64,000 nucleotides of DNA from contig OZ024740.1 in the NCBI GenBank assembly GCA_964016885.1, positions 225,122,001 through 225,186,000 of the forward strand, in the 5' to 3' direction. A program made the position numbers and the translations under genes. Positions 14,477 to 28,489 of the stretch are shown here, piece by piece; position 1 is the first letter of the stretch; each line of letters starts with the position of its first letter. The notes below the pieces were generated by a model, which searched no databases, was not told the DNA's origin, and was given only the letters and a program-made list of their open reading frames with translations. This DNA comes from Eledone cirrhosa. Its lineage: Eukaryota.

Positions 14477-14791
14477 ACACACACACACACACACACATAA
14501 ACATATATATATATATATATACATATATAATTATATATAATTATATATATATATATATATATATATAATTATATATATATGCACATACATATGCAAATAT
14601 ATATATATAAATATATATACACATACATAATATATATATATGTATTTATACATGCATATATATATATATATATATATATATACTACTCAAAATCTCTCTC
14701 TCTCTATATATATATATGCACATACATATGCAAATATATATATATATAAATATATATACACATACATAATATATATATATACATGCATATA

Positions 14792-14867
<76 letters not shown>

Positions 14868-14872
14868 CAGAG

Positions 14873-14914
<42 letters not shown>

Positions 14915-14920
14915 CATACA
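14477..14920. repeat. (CA)n/(TA)n microsatellite complex
   Basis: Direct reading. Confidence 0.95.
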
Positions 14921-15196
14921 TGTTTGTTTGAGAAGTTTATTTTATTGGCATTAACTTCTTTGTTCTTTTCTCATTTTGTTTTTTAATGGGAATTTATCAT
15001 ATTCCTAAGGGACCATATATATGTCCTGGATGAGAAATCATGGATCACATCCAGCTATATTTTATATCTCTTTCCAGCTCTTTGGTTTCTTTATTGTATA
15101 TGTTCTAACAATTTATGAGCAGGATGTGGAGCTATGTTCTGCTAAACCTGCCAAGAATTCCAAAACCAGATAAACAGTTATGCAATTTACCATGCA

Positions 15197-15230
<34 letters not shown>

Positions 15231-15434
15231 TAGTAATATTATTAGTAATCCATTCTTTATTATCCACAAAGCACCATATACACAATACATAACATGCTAT
15301 AGAAAGGGGTTTTCAAAACAGCACAGAATGTGTACACATACGAAACTATAGCCTTATATATAGTATATATATATATACATATATATATATACATATATAT
15401 ATACATATATATTATATATATATATATATTCATA

Positions 15435-15830
15435 ATAAAGAAGAAATTTAAAGATGGTTAAAAGAGTTCCATTTCGAATACAAAATCATCCTGGGACAAA
15501 AATTGTGTTCTCATCAGATAAAATAAGGTAACATGATATGAGGCATAATAGCACTTGTTTACTGGAAATTGCTAAGTCTACATATGAAAGAAATATAGTA
15601 TTAACACTTACATTCTGTCATATGTAGACTTAGCACTTTCCTGTAAACAAGTGCTATTATGCCTCATATCATGTTACCTTATTTTATCTGATGAGAACAC
15701 AATTTTATCTGATGAGAACACAATTTTATCTGATGAGAACACAATTTTTGTCCCAGGAGGATTTTGTATTTGAAATGCGCATAATAAAATATATGGATCT
15801 CTTTTAACCATCTTTTAATTTTTTCTTTAT
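15435..15830. repeat. Inverted repeat of a hammerhead-bearing element (arms ~15435-15592 and ~15613-15830) set in (TA)n
   Basis: Arms are reverse complements; the right arm has a 21-bp unit in three copies, the left arm lacks ~18 nt. Confidence 0.9.
15723..15790 (+). ncRNA. Type I hammerhead ribozyme (predicted)
   Basis: ATTTTAT-CTGATGA-[stem II GAACACAA..TTGTATTT]-GAAA-TGCGCA-TA^-ATAAAAT: stem I pairs, core intact, short stem III with palindromic loop, NUH = AUA. Confidence 0.75.
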
Positions 15831-16059
15831 ATATACTCCAGTTCTACCAACTGTTGAGTGGTACATATCTGATATATGCATAGTTTTATTGTTCTACAAT
15901 ATTTCTCACCTTCTACATATATATACTCATATATATATAAATATACCTACATTATATATATATGCATATATATATATATATATATATCATCATCATCATC
16001 ATCATCACCGTTTTATATATATATATCAGCATCATCACTATTTTATACATATATATATA

Positions 16060-16372
16060 ATAGGAATTTGTCGATCTTGGATTTACAGAAACTTAGCGCT
16101 GATGTTGGATGCCATATATGTAAGTTATATATTTTCCACTCAGCCTCACCACTACGTCCGGGTCAATATAAAATCTTTTCCTGGGTCCTGTATTTTCGTT
16201 GCTCTAGTGATGCGGCTGGACTGCCGACCGCTATATCTGATTTGCTAAACTGTCTGAATGTATTGTTATTACACTGGGGTCTTTCCTCATCTGAGTGCTC
16301 AAGCTACAGACCAATTATCCATATATGCTAGCTTGGCCATATTCTAAAGCTTCGTCAATACTGTACTAAAAT
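16060..16372 (-). mobile_element. Penelope-like element RT/linker fragment, decayed
   Basis: Minus frames give DEALEYG and ASNISAKFL*IQDRQIP (cf. TNIG..FL.LIDKHFP); flanked by (TA)n. Confidence 0.45.
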
Positions 16373-16373
16373 T

Positions 16374-16475
<102 letters not shown>

Positions 16476-16995
16476 CATGTATATATGCATGTGTGTTATG
16501 GTAATTTCTTTTGTGTCTTATGTTAGTACTGTATTATTCCATTCATTACATTATCATCACATCTCTATTCAAATCATCTCTGAATATTTAATCCTGTTGT
16601 CTTCCACTGCTTTACTGTATACTCTGTAATTTGTGTTTAGGTCTATGCTATTTTTTGAAATAAATTAAAATTATTTTTCTTCTAGCTTAAATCTGTTTCA
16701 ATATACATTAAATGAGGGTGGACAAAAACATAATATACATATATTGAAACAGGTAATATATTTAAATGATCAAACCAATAACACCCTCCCACACCTTCAT
16801 AATATGAGGATAAGATACCACCTTGGTAGAATAGAGACAACCCATGTCCCTGACTACCTTCCATTAATATAACCATCTGCAAACTGCATCCACTGAATGT
16901 ATCCTTGCATGTATTTAGTTTATACGAGCTATGAAGTATCCCATATCTTCTTAATAGTGTTTGTTCAACTGGTGATTGACCATTCATGTTTAACT

Positions 16996-17235
16996 ATCTT
17001 CTTCTTCTTGATCTTGCTCAATGAGGCTAGGGCCATTTTAAACTAACAATCCTAAAACATCATTGTGTATAGAGACAACCAAGTCCACCAGTGCCCTCCA
17101 TCACTGGCAGTCCCATGCCAGCTCCTTTGCATCCACCAAGGTGATGGTGAGCCTCTGCAGATCTTCCCTGATGATATCCAGACATGCTGTGTGGGGCCTG
17201 TCGTGTGTCCTCTTCCAACGTGCAGACACTGCATT
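16996..17235 (-). mobile_element. RTE-clade LINE 3' end, decayed (element may extend to ~18250)
   Basis: WKRTHDRPHTACLDIIREDLQRL....AKELAWD.Q*WRALV, followed by a (GAA)n-like tail. Confidence 0.65.
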
Positions 17236-18769
17236 CTTCTATACATTTCTGATATTCCTCTCTTATTTCATCCTTAATTAGAAATGTTATTTGTTTTGTC
17301 TCTTTTTCATTTGTCCAGTAGCATTGAAACGATATGTGTGGCCCTTCTTTAGGGACTTCCAGCCCCATACACACTTTTGGTGTTATTTCTTTTGCCTCTT
17401 TCATACTATCCCTAACAAATTTGCACTTTTTTTACCAGTCATCATTTCTTTTCCCATTTCTAAATGACATAATGTAGAATTGCCCTCTGGTCAGTTATTC
17501 ACTGGAGGGCATGACTCTTCAGGCTTCTGACCTATTAGACCATGATGCTTGTAGTACTGAGAATAAATCAATTTAGTTTGTTTCTGTTCTGGCTACTAAC
17601 ATAGCTATGGCTGGTGGACTTATGAAAAAAATCAGTGTAGCCACACCTGATAGCTCTGGGATAGTACAATGGTATCCAGAAGCCCCCAAGAGCAGAATAT
17701 TTATATAGAGCTCATCCTGCCATGTAACAATGAACCAATATTAATGTAAGCACTAGTATTTCTAGCCATGACCCTGTTTCCTTAACAATGTACGGGAAAA
17801 CCAGTATGTAAACTTGTGTACAGAGTACTATCTCTACCTGTTTCTTTTCCTCATCCTTGATCATAAATATTCTGCCAGGACTTGTGACTGGTATAGAGAA
17901 TTAGCAATGGAACGACTAATGGAAACATTGTTTCTTTTGTCTGATTTGATGAGCTCCACCCCACTCAGTAAGTGAATGACTGCTGGGATGTAGATGATCA
18001 ACTTCCTATCCTTTCCTGATCATAAGTACTAGGTATCCACTTCTATATGCTCTGCTCTATTCGGACATTCAATAGACATCCTGCTACAACTCACCTAGGG
18101 CTCTTTTCAACTTGCATTTTCTTTTTAAGGCATCTAGGACAGACAAAAGAGAAGAGATAAAGTCTGGCAGCAATAGACTCAGCAGCAATAAGAATAGTAA
18201 GCCCCAAGAATAAAGATCTTTGTTTCCATAAAGACACCTAGCTGCATGCTCAAGAATGTTCCCAAAGATAATGGGTTCTGTTTGTGTAAGTTAATACCGA
18301 TGCCACCTTGGTGGTGAACTTTACTTCTATCACATCTGAGACAACTATTTTCTAATGTGCCATGTATTGAAAGTATCAGAAATATGTCAAATATTTAATG
18401 TATCTAATGCAAACCTTTCCCTACTCTAGATAATGGGGAATATATCCAATTGTTCTGAAGTTCTTGGGTGGTAAAAGAATTCCCTCAAATACCCTCTGTA
18501 AATTCTAGAAAATATTCTGTATAAGATGCTCTCTAAAATCTGAACGTTTAATAACAATAATTTCTAGCATAAGCGCAAGGCCTCAAATTTGGAGAACAAA
18601 GCTAGTTGATTAAATCAACCCCATTACTCAACTGGTACTTTATTCTATCAACTTCAGAAAGATAAGATGAAAAGCAAATTTGGCTTTAGCAGTATTTGAA
18701 CTCAGAACATAAAGTGACAGAACAAATAAAGTAATGCATCCTGCCTGATGCTCTTAAAATTCTGCCATG

Positions 18770-18846
18770 ATGGTGATGATGGTGATGATGATGATGATTA
18801 TGATGATGATGATGATGGTGATGACGTTGATGGTGATGATGATGAC
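18770..18846. repeat. (GAT/GGT)n microsatellite
   Basis: Direct reading. Confidence 0.9.
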
Positions 18847-19339
18847 AACAGAAATACATAATGGAATACAAAGGAGGCAAAACTCTCTGTTTGAAACATT
18901 TTTCTCTGTCTTTGCTGCATGCTTGCATCTGTATTGATCTCTGAGTGAAATACTGAAGGCAGCATATTGTAATTGTGGTTTAAAAGGTGAAAAAATAACC
19001 ACTTCATCTTTACAAATGACTTGAAGTATATACCAAGAGAAAAGCTCACATAGAATAACTGTATGGAACTGTAAAAGATTTTCAGTGTGAGACTTCACAA
19101 TAGAGTCTGGGATCGACAAGTGTGCCAGTGTTATGCATTTAGAAAAGTAAAATGAAAAACTAAAATGAAGAAATAAAAAATTACAATAGCTAAAACCTAT
19201 GTAATAGCTTATTGCTTCAATATTATCAATTAAAGAAGAAGAAAAATGAAATAAATATATGAAGTTTGTAGGGACACACAATCCAATGGCATATATCTAC
19301 CAGTTGTATATAAAAAGAAACATGGGAGGTATTGGTCAT

Positions 19340-19735
19340 GTACAAATAAAAGTCAGTCACTATTGGAGTAGACTAATGTCTCATATATAACAAAGACAAA
19401 CTGCTCCAGATTTTGCATAAACATGAATAAAATAAACCAAAAATGTCAATTCTATCAATATAACAGCTGGGGAAATTCTAGAAGAAAGAAATGGGGAACT
19501 CAAAGACAAATACAGAGACAACACAAATAGCAGTGCACCATGCAAAACTGCAGGAATAAATGAAAATAGTTTTAAATAGAAAATGGAAATACAAAGACAC
19601 AACAACAAGAATGTAAAAATCTGGTGGAGAAAGTTTAGAAAGCACCCATTAAGAGAGGATAAAGATGTCTTTATCAAACAAGCACTCATACGTGGCTAGT
19701 GATCCGCAGCTTCAACATTGAAACTGAAGGCATAG
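19340..19735 (+). mobile_element. R4/Dong-clade LINE internal fragment, decayed
   Basis: Frameshifted STHTWL....FNIETEG resembles the R4/Dong S..WL....L..ETEG motif. Confidence 0.4.
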
Positions 19736-21283
19736 AAATTGAAATAAAAACGATGAATAATAAAATAGTAATATCTAATCAATAGGTATTGATCATCATC
19801 ATCGTTGTAACGTATCCCTGCTGCTAGCAAGGGTTAGACATATCTAGTCTAAGTTAGTACTGGAGCCACTAACCTCCCAGGCAGACCAGTGATCTACATC
19901 TCACACTATTTATGCTCCACTGAGTGCACAGGATAGGATGTCACATCTTTAACACAACTGAGAGTTCTCGCAACCCTGTGTTTCACAAGATTTCTATGGC
20001 TGGATCCTATCACCTACCCTTTACAGCATGTACTGGGTGCATTTATCAGTCAGATCACCAATACTAGGATAGAAACAAAACATTTTCACAGATATAGTTA
20101 TACCCAGAATATGCACAAACATACATGCTCTAACACACACAGACATACATACAAATGCATGCACACATTACATTTAACATATGACTGAAGAAAACAATAG
20201 ATTCTATTGTAGTTGCTTTGGCAACTCCTAAGAATTCTACACAGCAATGAATATGTCAAATGAAAATGCAAATACAATTATTTCTAACATAAGTACAATG
20301 CCACACATTTTAGTAGGAATGTATAGTCGATTCCTATTTACTCCCACTATTTAAGTGGTGCTTATTTTATTAAATTCAGAAGAATGATAAACCGTAAGCC
20401 TTAACAAAGTTTGAGTAAACGAACATAACTGAATAAACTTTTGTCTACCACTCCAATGATTCTGTTATTCCCCCTATAATCACAATAATAATATTAAACT
20501 GTTGTGTTAAAAACAAAACTCATTTTACACACAAAGAATAGAATATTCAACTACATGTAGTACTGAAAAATCAATGATACTAATAGAAACTGCACAATAC
20601 ACAACACAACAACAAACATTTTAAGGTAATTTTCCCTGCTAAAGCAGAGTTTATTTTTGTCAAGGGTTTTTCCTTGTCATAAATGACAACTAAGATACAT
20701 CTAGTTCTATCCCTAGTTTTAGAAATTATAAAAGTTACAACAGCACATGGGACATATCTCAGACATATATCCAACTTGGCATGGAACATCGTGTGAAAAA
20801 TATATCCAACAACAGCACAAGTCAAAATGAAACTTTCAAAAGCTACTCATAGAAAAACACTTAGTACAAAATCTAATCAGATAATCATGACTATTTCTGG
20901 AATCCTAACTATATTTAAAAAATAACTGTAATTTATTTTGTTTTAACTATTTTTTCCCTTGTCACTTATGACAAGGATAAAACCCATGACAAGGGACTAT
21001 TTCTAAAAAGCAACCTATATATAAAAGGAAACAAAATTCTATTTTGTATGAATAAATTTCTTTTATTTGTGTACTGTAAATCTGCATGAATATATAAAAA
21101 CATTAGCTGCATCTTGAAATCTTTATTATTATTTTCCATATATATATATATGTACCTCTTTGTTTATAAATTTACTCTGGAGTTAACAGACCCTCTTGTG
21201 GACTTTGTTCAGTGCTTTGCCCTGCAAAATGAAATGTTGGTGTTAAACTAACACATAATCTGATTAATCATTATATATGTATA

Positions 21284-21458
21284 TAATTGTTTCTACTTTT
21301 GGCACAAGGCCAGTAATTAGCCCAGTACATTACTGGTACTTTATTTTATCGACCCCGTAAGGATGAAAGGCAAAGTTAACCTTGGCGGGATTTGAATTCA
21401 GAATGGCAAGGGTCGTAACTCTATGCATCAAAGCATGGCATTCGATCCTCTACCGAGA
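21284..21458 (-). mobile_element. SINE family A
   Basis: Reverse complement of the family A consensus. Confidence 0.9.
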
Positions 21459-22004
21459 ATAATACTTGTGTATATATAATACCAGTGACCCAGCATGGCC
21501 TCAGCCTGTCGGCTGGAACACATATTAGAGTAATAACGGGACTATACAGAATTCCTTAATTTTCTAATGTTTTCATTTTTTGCTATACACACACATGCAC
21601 ACATTCACACACATATGCACACACACATATATATACAGATAGATAAAGATAGATATATAGATAGATAAGAATAATCTCGACTGTGGAAGCAAGGGATATT
21701 TGGCTTCTGTGTTCAGGAAGACTTCACACAAGCCAAAACTGCTTAGCCCATGGTTACGATTATTCCTATCTCTATAACCACTGTGCATCTCTGCATGTAT
21801 TGAGTACTCCCATGATTTGTGGTCTCAGCACAACAGACTCTCTCTATATACATATATATATCAATATATATCAACAAATATCTTTCAAATTGCTAATACT
21901 ATCTATCGCAACTCCAGCTAGAAGGAGCAACGTAAAATAAAGTGTCTTGCTGAAGGACATAAAGCATCACCCGGCCTAGGAATCGAATTCACACGCACCT
22001 TCAC

Positions 22005-22068
22005 TTATATATATATAATATATCTATTTATATATATATATATATATAAATATATATAATATATATAT

Positions 22069-22128
<60 letters not shown>

Positions 22129-22206
22129 TATAATATATATATATATTTATAATGTATATATATATATAATGTATGTATATATAATATATATATATATAAT
22201 ATATAT

Positions 22207-22245
<39 letters not shown>
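22005..22245. repeat. (TA)n microsatellite
   Basis: Direct reading. Confidence 0.95.
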
Positions 22246-24098
22246 CATCATCATCAATATCACCATTTTACATCCATTCTTCCACGCTAGCATGGATTAG
22301 TTGGGTTGTTCTCTTGTGGGCAGTGTCTTCTGGATGCCCTTTCTAACACCAACCTCATTTACAGTGAGTGCTGTGTGCTTTTTTTCCGTGGCGCCTATAC
22401 GACCACTTTACAGTGCGGGCTGGCTGCTTTTTTTGTTGTGACACTTACACGATCACTTTGCAGTGGGTGGGGATAGGGGCATGTTGTCTATATGCTTCAG
22501 CTTCAGCTTGTTCCCATGGGAATTCGGGTCTTCTGTATTACTGCGTGGCGCCAGAGGTCCCACTCCTGTGTCATAGCCATTGAGAAGTGCAATTGGGTAA
22601 GGTTGGCTTTTATCACCTCGCCCCAGGTCTTCTTGGGTCTCCCCACTCCATGGCTACCATCGACTTTTTATGCAGCTGTCATCCTTCAGACATATCATAT
22701 GTCCATACCAACGCGACCTCCTCTCCTGCACACAGCATTTGATTCCTCTTATACTTAGTCTCTCTCTCAATTCGTTTATGCTTTGCCGTTCGCATATATT
22801 ACTATTGCACATCCATTGGAGCATGCAGGCTTCGTTTCTTTCTAATCTATGCAAGTCTTCTGCACACAGCACCCAGGTCTCACTACCATGTAACATTGTT
22901 GTTTGTACACGTATCATACAGTCTGCCTTTCATTTTGAGGGAAAAGATTGTTTGCAGCTAGCAGTGGCAGTAGCTCCCTGAACTTCTTCCATCCCGTTCT
23001 TACCCTAGTTATTATACTTTCAGAACACCCACCTCCGCTGCTAATTTGGTCACCTAGGTAGCAGAGGCTATCAACTGTTTCTACAGGGCACTCCCAGAGT
23101 TTGCTGCTTACTGTCCTGGCGCAGCTGCTAAATGTAAAGCATACATTCCTAACTAAGCTTCTTGATATCCCACCACATCTCTAGTTTGCATTTGGGACAG
23201 AGATGGAATTTCTACCTATACCTTTCCTACATACTGAGCAAGGCCATTTGCCTGAGGGGATCTGAGTTCTGTTTTCTTGTCTACTTACGAGGAACTTAGT
23301 CTTTGTCAGGTTGACTTTGAGACCCCTTCTTTCTAGTCCCTGCTTCCATGTTTGGAATTTCTTCTCTAGTTCTACCATAGATTCAGCTATAAGTGTAAGA
23401 TCATCCACATACAGAAGTTCCCATGGGCATCCAGTCTGAAACTCTTCTCTTATAGGCTGCAATAAACAGGAGCGGGCTAAGAACAGAGCCCTGGTGGACA
23501 CTGAACTGTATACTAAATTCCTCGCCATAGTCATTGTTAACCCTAACTTTGCTGACTGCTCCCCTATACATGGCTTATACGGCTTTCACAAGCCATTCAA
23601 CTACTCCTAGTTTTCTAAGAACCCACCAGATTATAGCACGGGGCACTTTGTCGAAGGCTTTTTCCAGATCGACAAATGCCACGTAGAGCAGCTTACTTTT
23701 AGCTAGGTACTTTTCTTGTAACTGCCTCAGAAGGAAGAGAGCACCAGTGGTGCTTTTTCCTTGCACAAACCCAAACTGCATCTCGTCTAGTTTTACCCGG
23801 TCCCTAATCAGCTGTGCTATAACTCTTTCCGTTACTTTCATGACCTCGTCCATCAGCTTTATACCTCTATAGTTTCCTCTATCTAGTGCATCTCCTTTAC
23901 ACTTGTAGCAGTTGACAATGATGCTGCTGTCCCAATCCTATGGTATGACACCCCCTAGTATTACCTGGTTTACAATACACATCGTTATGGTGTGACTTAC
24001 CATCCCAGATGCTTTCAGCATCTCGGCAGCTATATTCGATGGACTGGTTACTTTCCCAGTCTTCATATCTGTTATTGCCTTACTTACTACGCTGCTGC
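22245..24098 (-). mobile_element. RTE LINE subfamily A, 5'-truncated and frameshifted
   Basis: ORFs with QFGFVQGKSTT..FVDLEKAFD, ELLYVDDL, GKWPCSVCRKG, MLHGSETW..RWYGH; 3' UTR and (TGA)n tail; homologous to 48394-50262. Confidence 0.95.
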
Positions 24099-24127
24099 TT
24101 ATAATATATATATATATATACATTTAA

Positions 24128-25540
24128 TATCATCATTTCACATCCGCTTTTCCCCTGCTTGCAAGGGTGGGAAGGGTCCTATTCAGCACAGCATCTCTCC
24201 ACTTATCATGGTCCTTCATCATCTCCTCTGTGAGTTTCAGCGATCTGAGGTCTGCTCTCACCACCCCCACCCATGTTTTTTGTGGTCTTCCTATACTGCA
24301 TCTTCCTTCTATTTGGATTTCTTAGCACTTCTTTACCCAGTGGTCATCCTCTATGCGCATCACATGTCCATACCATCTCAGTCTTCTCTCCAGCCATTGC
24401 ATATCCTATGCAGTTGCTGCCCATGTTTCACTACCATGCAACATCGCACATCTCACACAGGCATCATATAACCATCGTTTCGTACGCAGAGAGAAACCCT
24501 TCTTTGTCAACAGAGGAAGCAACTCACTAAACTTCTTCCAACCTGTCCTTATTCTAGATACTATGGCCTCAGAACCCCCCCCCCCCCCCCATCTCATGCT
24601 AATCTGTTCACCTAGGTACCGGAAGCTATCAACCACTTCTATAGAACCTACCTGCATTGGAAAAATGTGTCTATCACTGCGATTACGACTGCCAACTTTC
24701 CCTGTACATCTACTGCATCCATAGTTTTCCCTACCTGTTAGTTTGCCTGCTATCCCACTACATCTATTGTGTACCCAAAATCTGCATTGCGTACATTTTA
24801 TAGAATTTATGCCAGTTCCTTTTCTACATATTGAAGATGGCCATTTCCCTGATGAAATCAGAGTATTGTCCTCTCTTCTACTTATCAACACTTTTGTCTT
24901 AGCTATGTTTACTCTCAGTCCTCTTGATTCCAACTGCTGTTTCCATAGCCATAATTTATTCTCTAGCTCCTCTACTCATTCTGCTATAAGAACCAGATCA
25001 TCAGAATAGAGAAGTTCCCATGGGCAGCCAGTCTTAAACTCCTCTGTTATGGCTTGGAGGACTATAATGAACAAGAGTGGGCTGAGGACCAAACCCTGAT
25101 GTACTCCTACTTGTATCTGGAATTCCTCACAAAATGCCATTCCTACTCTCACTTTTCTGACAGCACCCCTGTACATAGCTTGCACTGTCCTCACAAGCCA
25201 TTCCTCTATGACTAGTTTCCTTAGGGACCACCAGATGACAGATCAGGGTACGCTATCAAAGGCCTTCTCTAGGTCAACAAAAGCTAAGTATAGTGGCTTA
25301 TTGATGATACATGCAACCAGTTTAGTGCCTACTTCTCCCGATGCCTTCAGCATCTTAGCAACTATCTCTGACGGTCCAGCAACCTTACCATTCTTTATTT
25401 CCTTATTGCCTTTTGTACCCTATATTCATCAATCTCAATAGCTGTTCGCTCTGTCAGGTCTACTAGGGTAATTTCTTTCTCTCCCATTCGTTCTCCACAT
25501 TCATCAGTCTCTCATAATGACATATCCAGACCTCCTTATT
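24128..25540 (-). mobile_element. RTE LINE subfamily B, 5'-truncated and decayed
   Basis: GVHQGLVLSPLLF..ELLYSDDL, Cys-rich insert, FRYLG, MLHGSETW; frame runs to the terminus (GRPQKTW..RTLPTLASRGKADVK*) then TGATGAT. Confidence 0.93.
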
Positions 25541-25544
25541 TTAT

Positions 25545-26613
25545 ATATATAAGAAAGTAAAAAACATCAACCCATGAGTAAAAGTTACGAAAAGTATTAG
25601 GTTCATGCTCATTGAGAGTGGGGGATGTGGGTGCGATTTTTCAGGCATAAGCCCTTCATCAGGAATGTGGTGGGATGGAAAAGGAGGAGGAGGAGGAAGA
25701 ACTGGAAAAAAAAAATAAGACGAGCGTTAAAAATAAGTGGTGAAAATATGTGAGGCATGTAGAGATGGTGGGTGGATGGAGGGGAGGGAGATAGGAGAAG
25801 AAGAAAAGGGGTCCGAGCAGGGTGTGTGTGTGTGTAGGTGTACGTGTGTGTGTGTATGCGTGGATGTATGTGCGGGAGTCTGAGAGAGAGAGCAGAGTTG
25901 CGTGCTTGGGTTTTGGAAAACCATTGTGTATGTTGGGGCGGAGTGTAGGTCTGCGTGTGCGTGTGGATCGGGGTCGTCGGATGGGGTGGAGGACAGCATG
26001 TGGAATCCGGAGGCAGAGTGGGTGTATGTGAGGATACACACGTGTGTGTGTGTGTGTGTCTATGTGTGATGTGGATGCGTGGAAATGTATGGTTGTGTGT
26101 TTGCGAAAATGGTGTAGGTGTTTGTGTACCTGAATGGTTTTCCGGTGTGTGGGTAGAAGGATGGCGAGGATCCGGGTAGAAATCTTCGTAGATATCCGAA
26201 TGTGTGATCAGAGTGATAGGGTCCGAGGAATTGGTGAGGAGGGAGTAGAAAGTTGTTGGGTGCACACAACAGGAAGTGGCTAAGATGGTTAAGGCAAGGG
26301 GCGGAGATGGCAGGGCGAAGTGACTGAGAGAAGAGTTAACAGTCAGGCGAGTGGTAGTTAACAGGTGTGACCTGTATGTGTGTACAGAGGTGTGGTGGAC
26401 GGGAGAGGAGGTGGGTCGGTGTGGAAAGTTGAAGGAGAGGGTGGTGGTGTGGGTGGTGAGTGCTGTGTGTATATTAATGGAGGTGTTAGTAGGATGTGTG
26501 TGTGTGTGTGTGTGTGTAGGTGGTGTTGGTAGTATGTGGCAGAGAGAGAGAAGGTGCTGGGTACATGTGAGTGAATGTGTATATATTGCTGTGTATGTGA
26601 GTGTTTTGGGTAT

Positions 26614-26647
<34 letters not shown>

Positions 26648-27760
26648 TAGGGTGGGTGTTAGTATATTAGTGGTGGGGTGGTCGAATATGGTTTTGTGGC
26701 TGGGGGTTAGTGGTGGTAGTATGGGTGTGTATGGGTGTGTACATAGGTGTGGGTGAGTGTATATATGCTGGTGTGTGTGGGTCTGCATGTGTGCGTTGCG
26801 GGGGGAAAGGTGGGTTTGAGGGTGGGGTGGTCGAATGTCGATGTGTGAGTGGGGGTTAGTGGTGGTAGTAGAGTGTGTGAATAGTGTGAGTGCGTGTTGA
26901 GGATGTGGGTAGTGTGTGGTAGGGGTGAGGGGTGTTAGTAATATTAGTGGCGGGGGGGACCAATGTGGGTGTGGCGATGCTGGAAGTGGAAGGAAAGTGT
27001 TTTAGTGGTGTTAGTATGGGGGGAGTTGGAGGGGAAGGCTAGAGGAAGACAGGGGGGGGGTCTGTAATGTGAATATGGTAGGTTGTTCAGCCCTAAGTCG
27101 GGCCTCGGGGGTTCCAAGGCACTCAAACAGACCACAGATGGTTAGGTTGCAAGTAGAGTGTCTGGCGGAGCCAAATTGGGGGGGGGGGTGATGGGGGAGC
27201 TCCCACTGAGACAAATGTCTAGGAGGGCTCCCTGAACTGATCCACCAGGCAACGTCCGGTCTGTCCAATATAGGTCATGGAGTTCGTAGATGAGGGTGGG
27301 GGAGGTGCATCGGAAGGCATGCTGAACAGAGAGAGAGTGGCCATTGGAACCGTGGAAGGTAGTGGTGGGTGTTGATAATTTGGGGTCAGGTGAGGCAGCA
27401 GGGCCTGGAGCAGGGAAGGGAACCGGGGGGTGGAGAGGGGGGGAGGGGACAAACGGGAGTTATCGGGTATGGAGCTACGGACGAGGAGGTAGCAGAGGTT
27501 GCACACGCGTTTGAGGGAGAGGTAGGGGAGGGGTTGGAGTGGGAAGATGGGGGGAGGTGGAGGGGTCAGACTGGAGGCATTGGAAGTGCGGGAGGATGGT
27601 CCGTTTGAAAGGTAGGGAGGTGGGCGTGGTAGGTGATGGGGAAAGGGAGATGGTGGGTATGGGCTGAGGGTGGTGGATCGGTGGACTGCGTGGGTGTGGG
27701 TGAGGGCGCCATGGACAAGGGAGTAGGGTAACCCCTCCAGGTGAAATGGCTGACCAGAGA
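25545..27760 (-). mobile_element. Penelope-like element (Neptune-like), GIY-YIG region plus long (CA)-rich 3' region/pLTR
   Basis: LLVRS; AFRCTSPTLIY; YIGQTGRCLVDQFRE; FGSARHS..NLTICGL.EC....EARLRAEQ..IFTLQT (27030-27520); hammerhead-like motif near the 3' end. Confidence 0.8.
25634..25665 (-). ncRNA. Minimal hammerhead-like motif of PLE pLTR
   Basis: CTGATGA-A-GGGC-TTAT-GCCT-GAAA; stems I/III not convincing. Confidence 0.55.
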
Positions 27761-27856
27761 AAGAGCCTAGGTCTCAAAGTCAGTATCTGTGAACCCATAT
27801 GTACCAGCAGTACTCTTGGTAGGTTCAATAATGTATACATCCATTTTGATGTCTAA

Positions 27857-28442
27857 TGTCAATAGTGTAATATTATCAGTTATGCACATAGCTTCCCTCC
27901 TCTTCCCTTAGGTTGTCTATGTATATATATATATATATATATATAAAATTGTGTTGAAACAGTATATATATATATATACTGTAATATATATATATATATA
28001 TATATATTACAGAAGACCCGCCTTGCCTATTTACAAAGCGAAACCTAGTCAGTAGGCACCTCTTAACCAAATATACACCCCCATCCCACTACCCCTACTC
28101 CCCCATCCACGCTCCCACCAAGACCACCCTTTCTCCATAAAGTTATGTTGGTACGACAACATCCAGTCCAAAATATATGAGGTCGTGTAATGTGGCCTTG
28201 TAGGTAACACGGTAAAAACCTCCCATTCCACACTGTAAATGTGGTTGGTGTTAGGAAGGGCATCCAGCCGTAGAAAACCTACCACGAGCAAGACATGATC
28301 ACCCAACCAATCTTGCCTTAAGTAGGACAATTCCCGTCTAGACCCATGTTAGCGTGGAAGATAGACGTTAAACGATGATGATGATGATATATATACTGTT
28401 TCAACACAATTCTATCCTTAAGTAATCAAAATAGCTTAGATA

Positions 28443-28489
<47 letters not shown>

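Noticed and set aside
15681-15745. CRISPR-like short direct repeats
   Set aside because: Contiguous tandem units with no spacers, eukaryotic context, no cas genes
1400-16331. Many ORFs rich in YI, HT, CV, SL or poly-H/I/M (also at 25.6-26.8, 55.7, 59-60 and 61.4 kb)
   Set aside because: Translations of stop-free microsatellites, not genes
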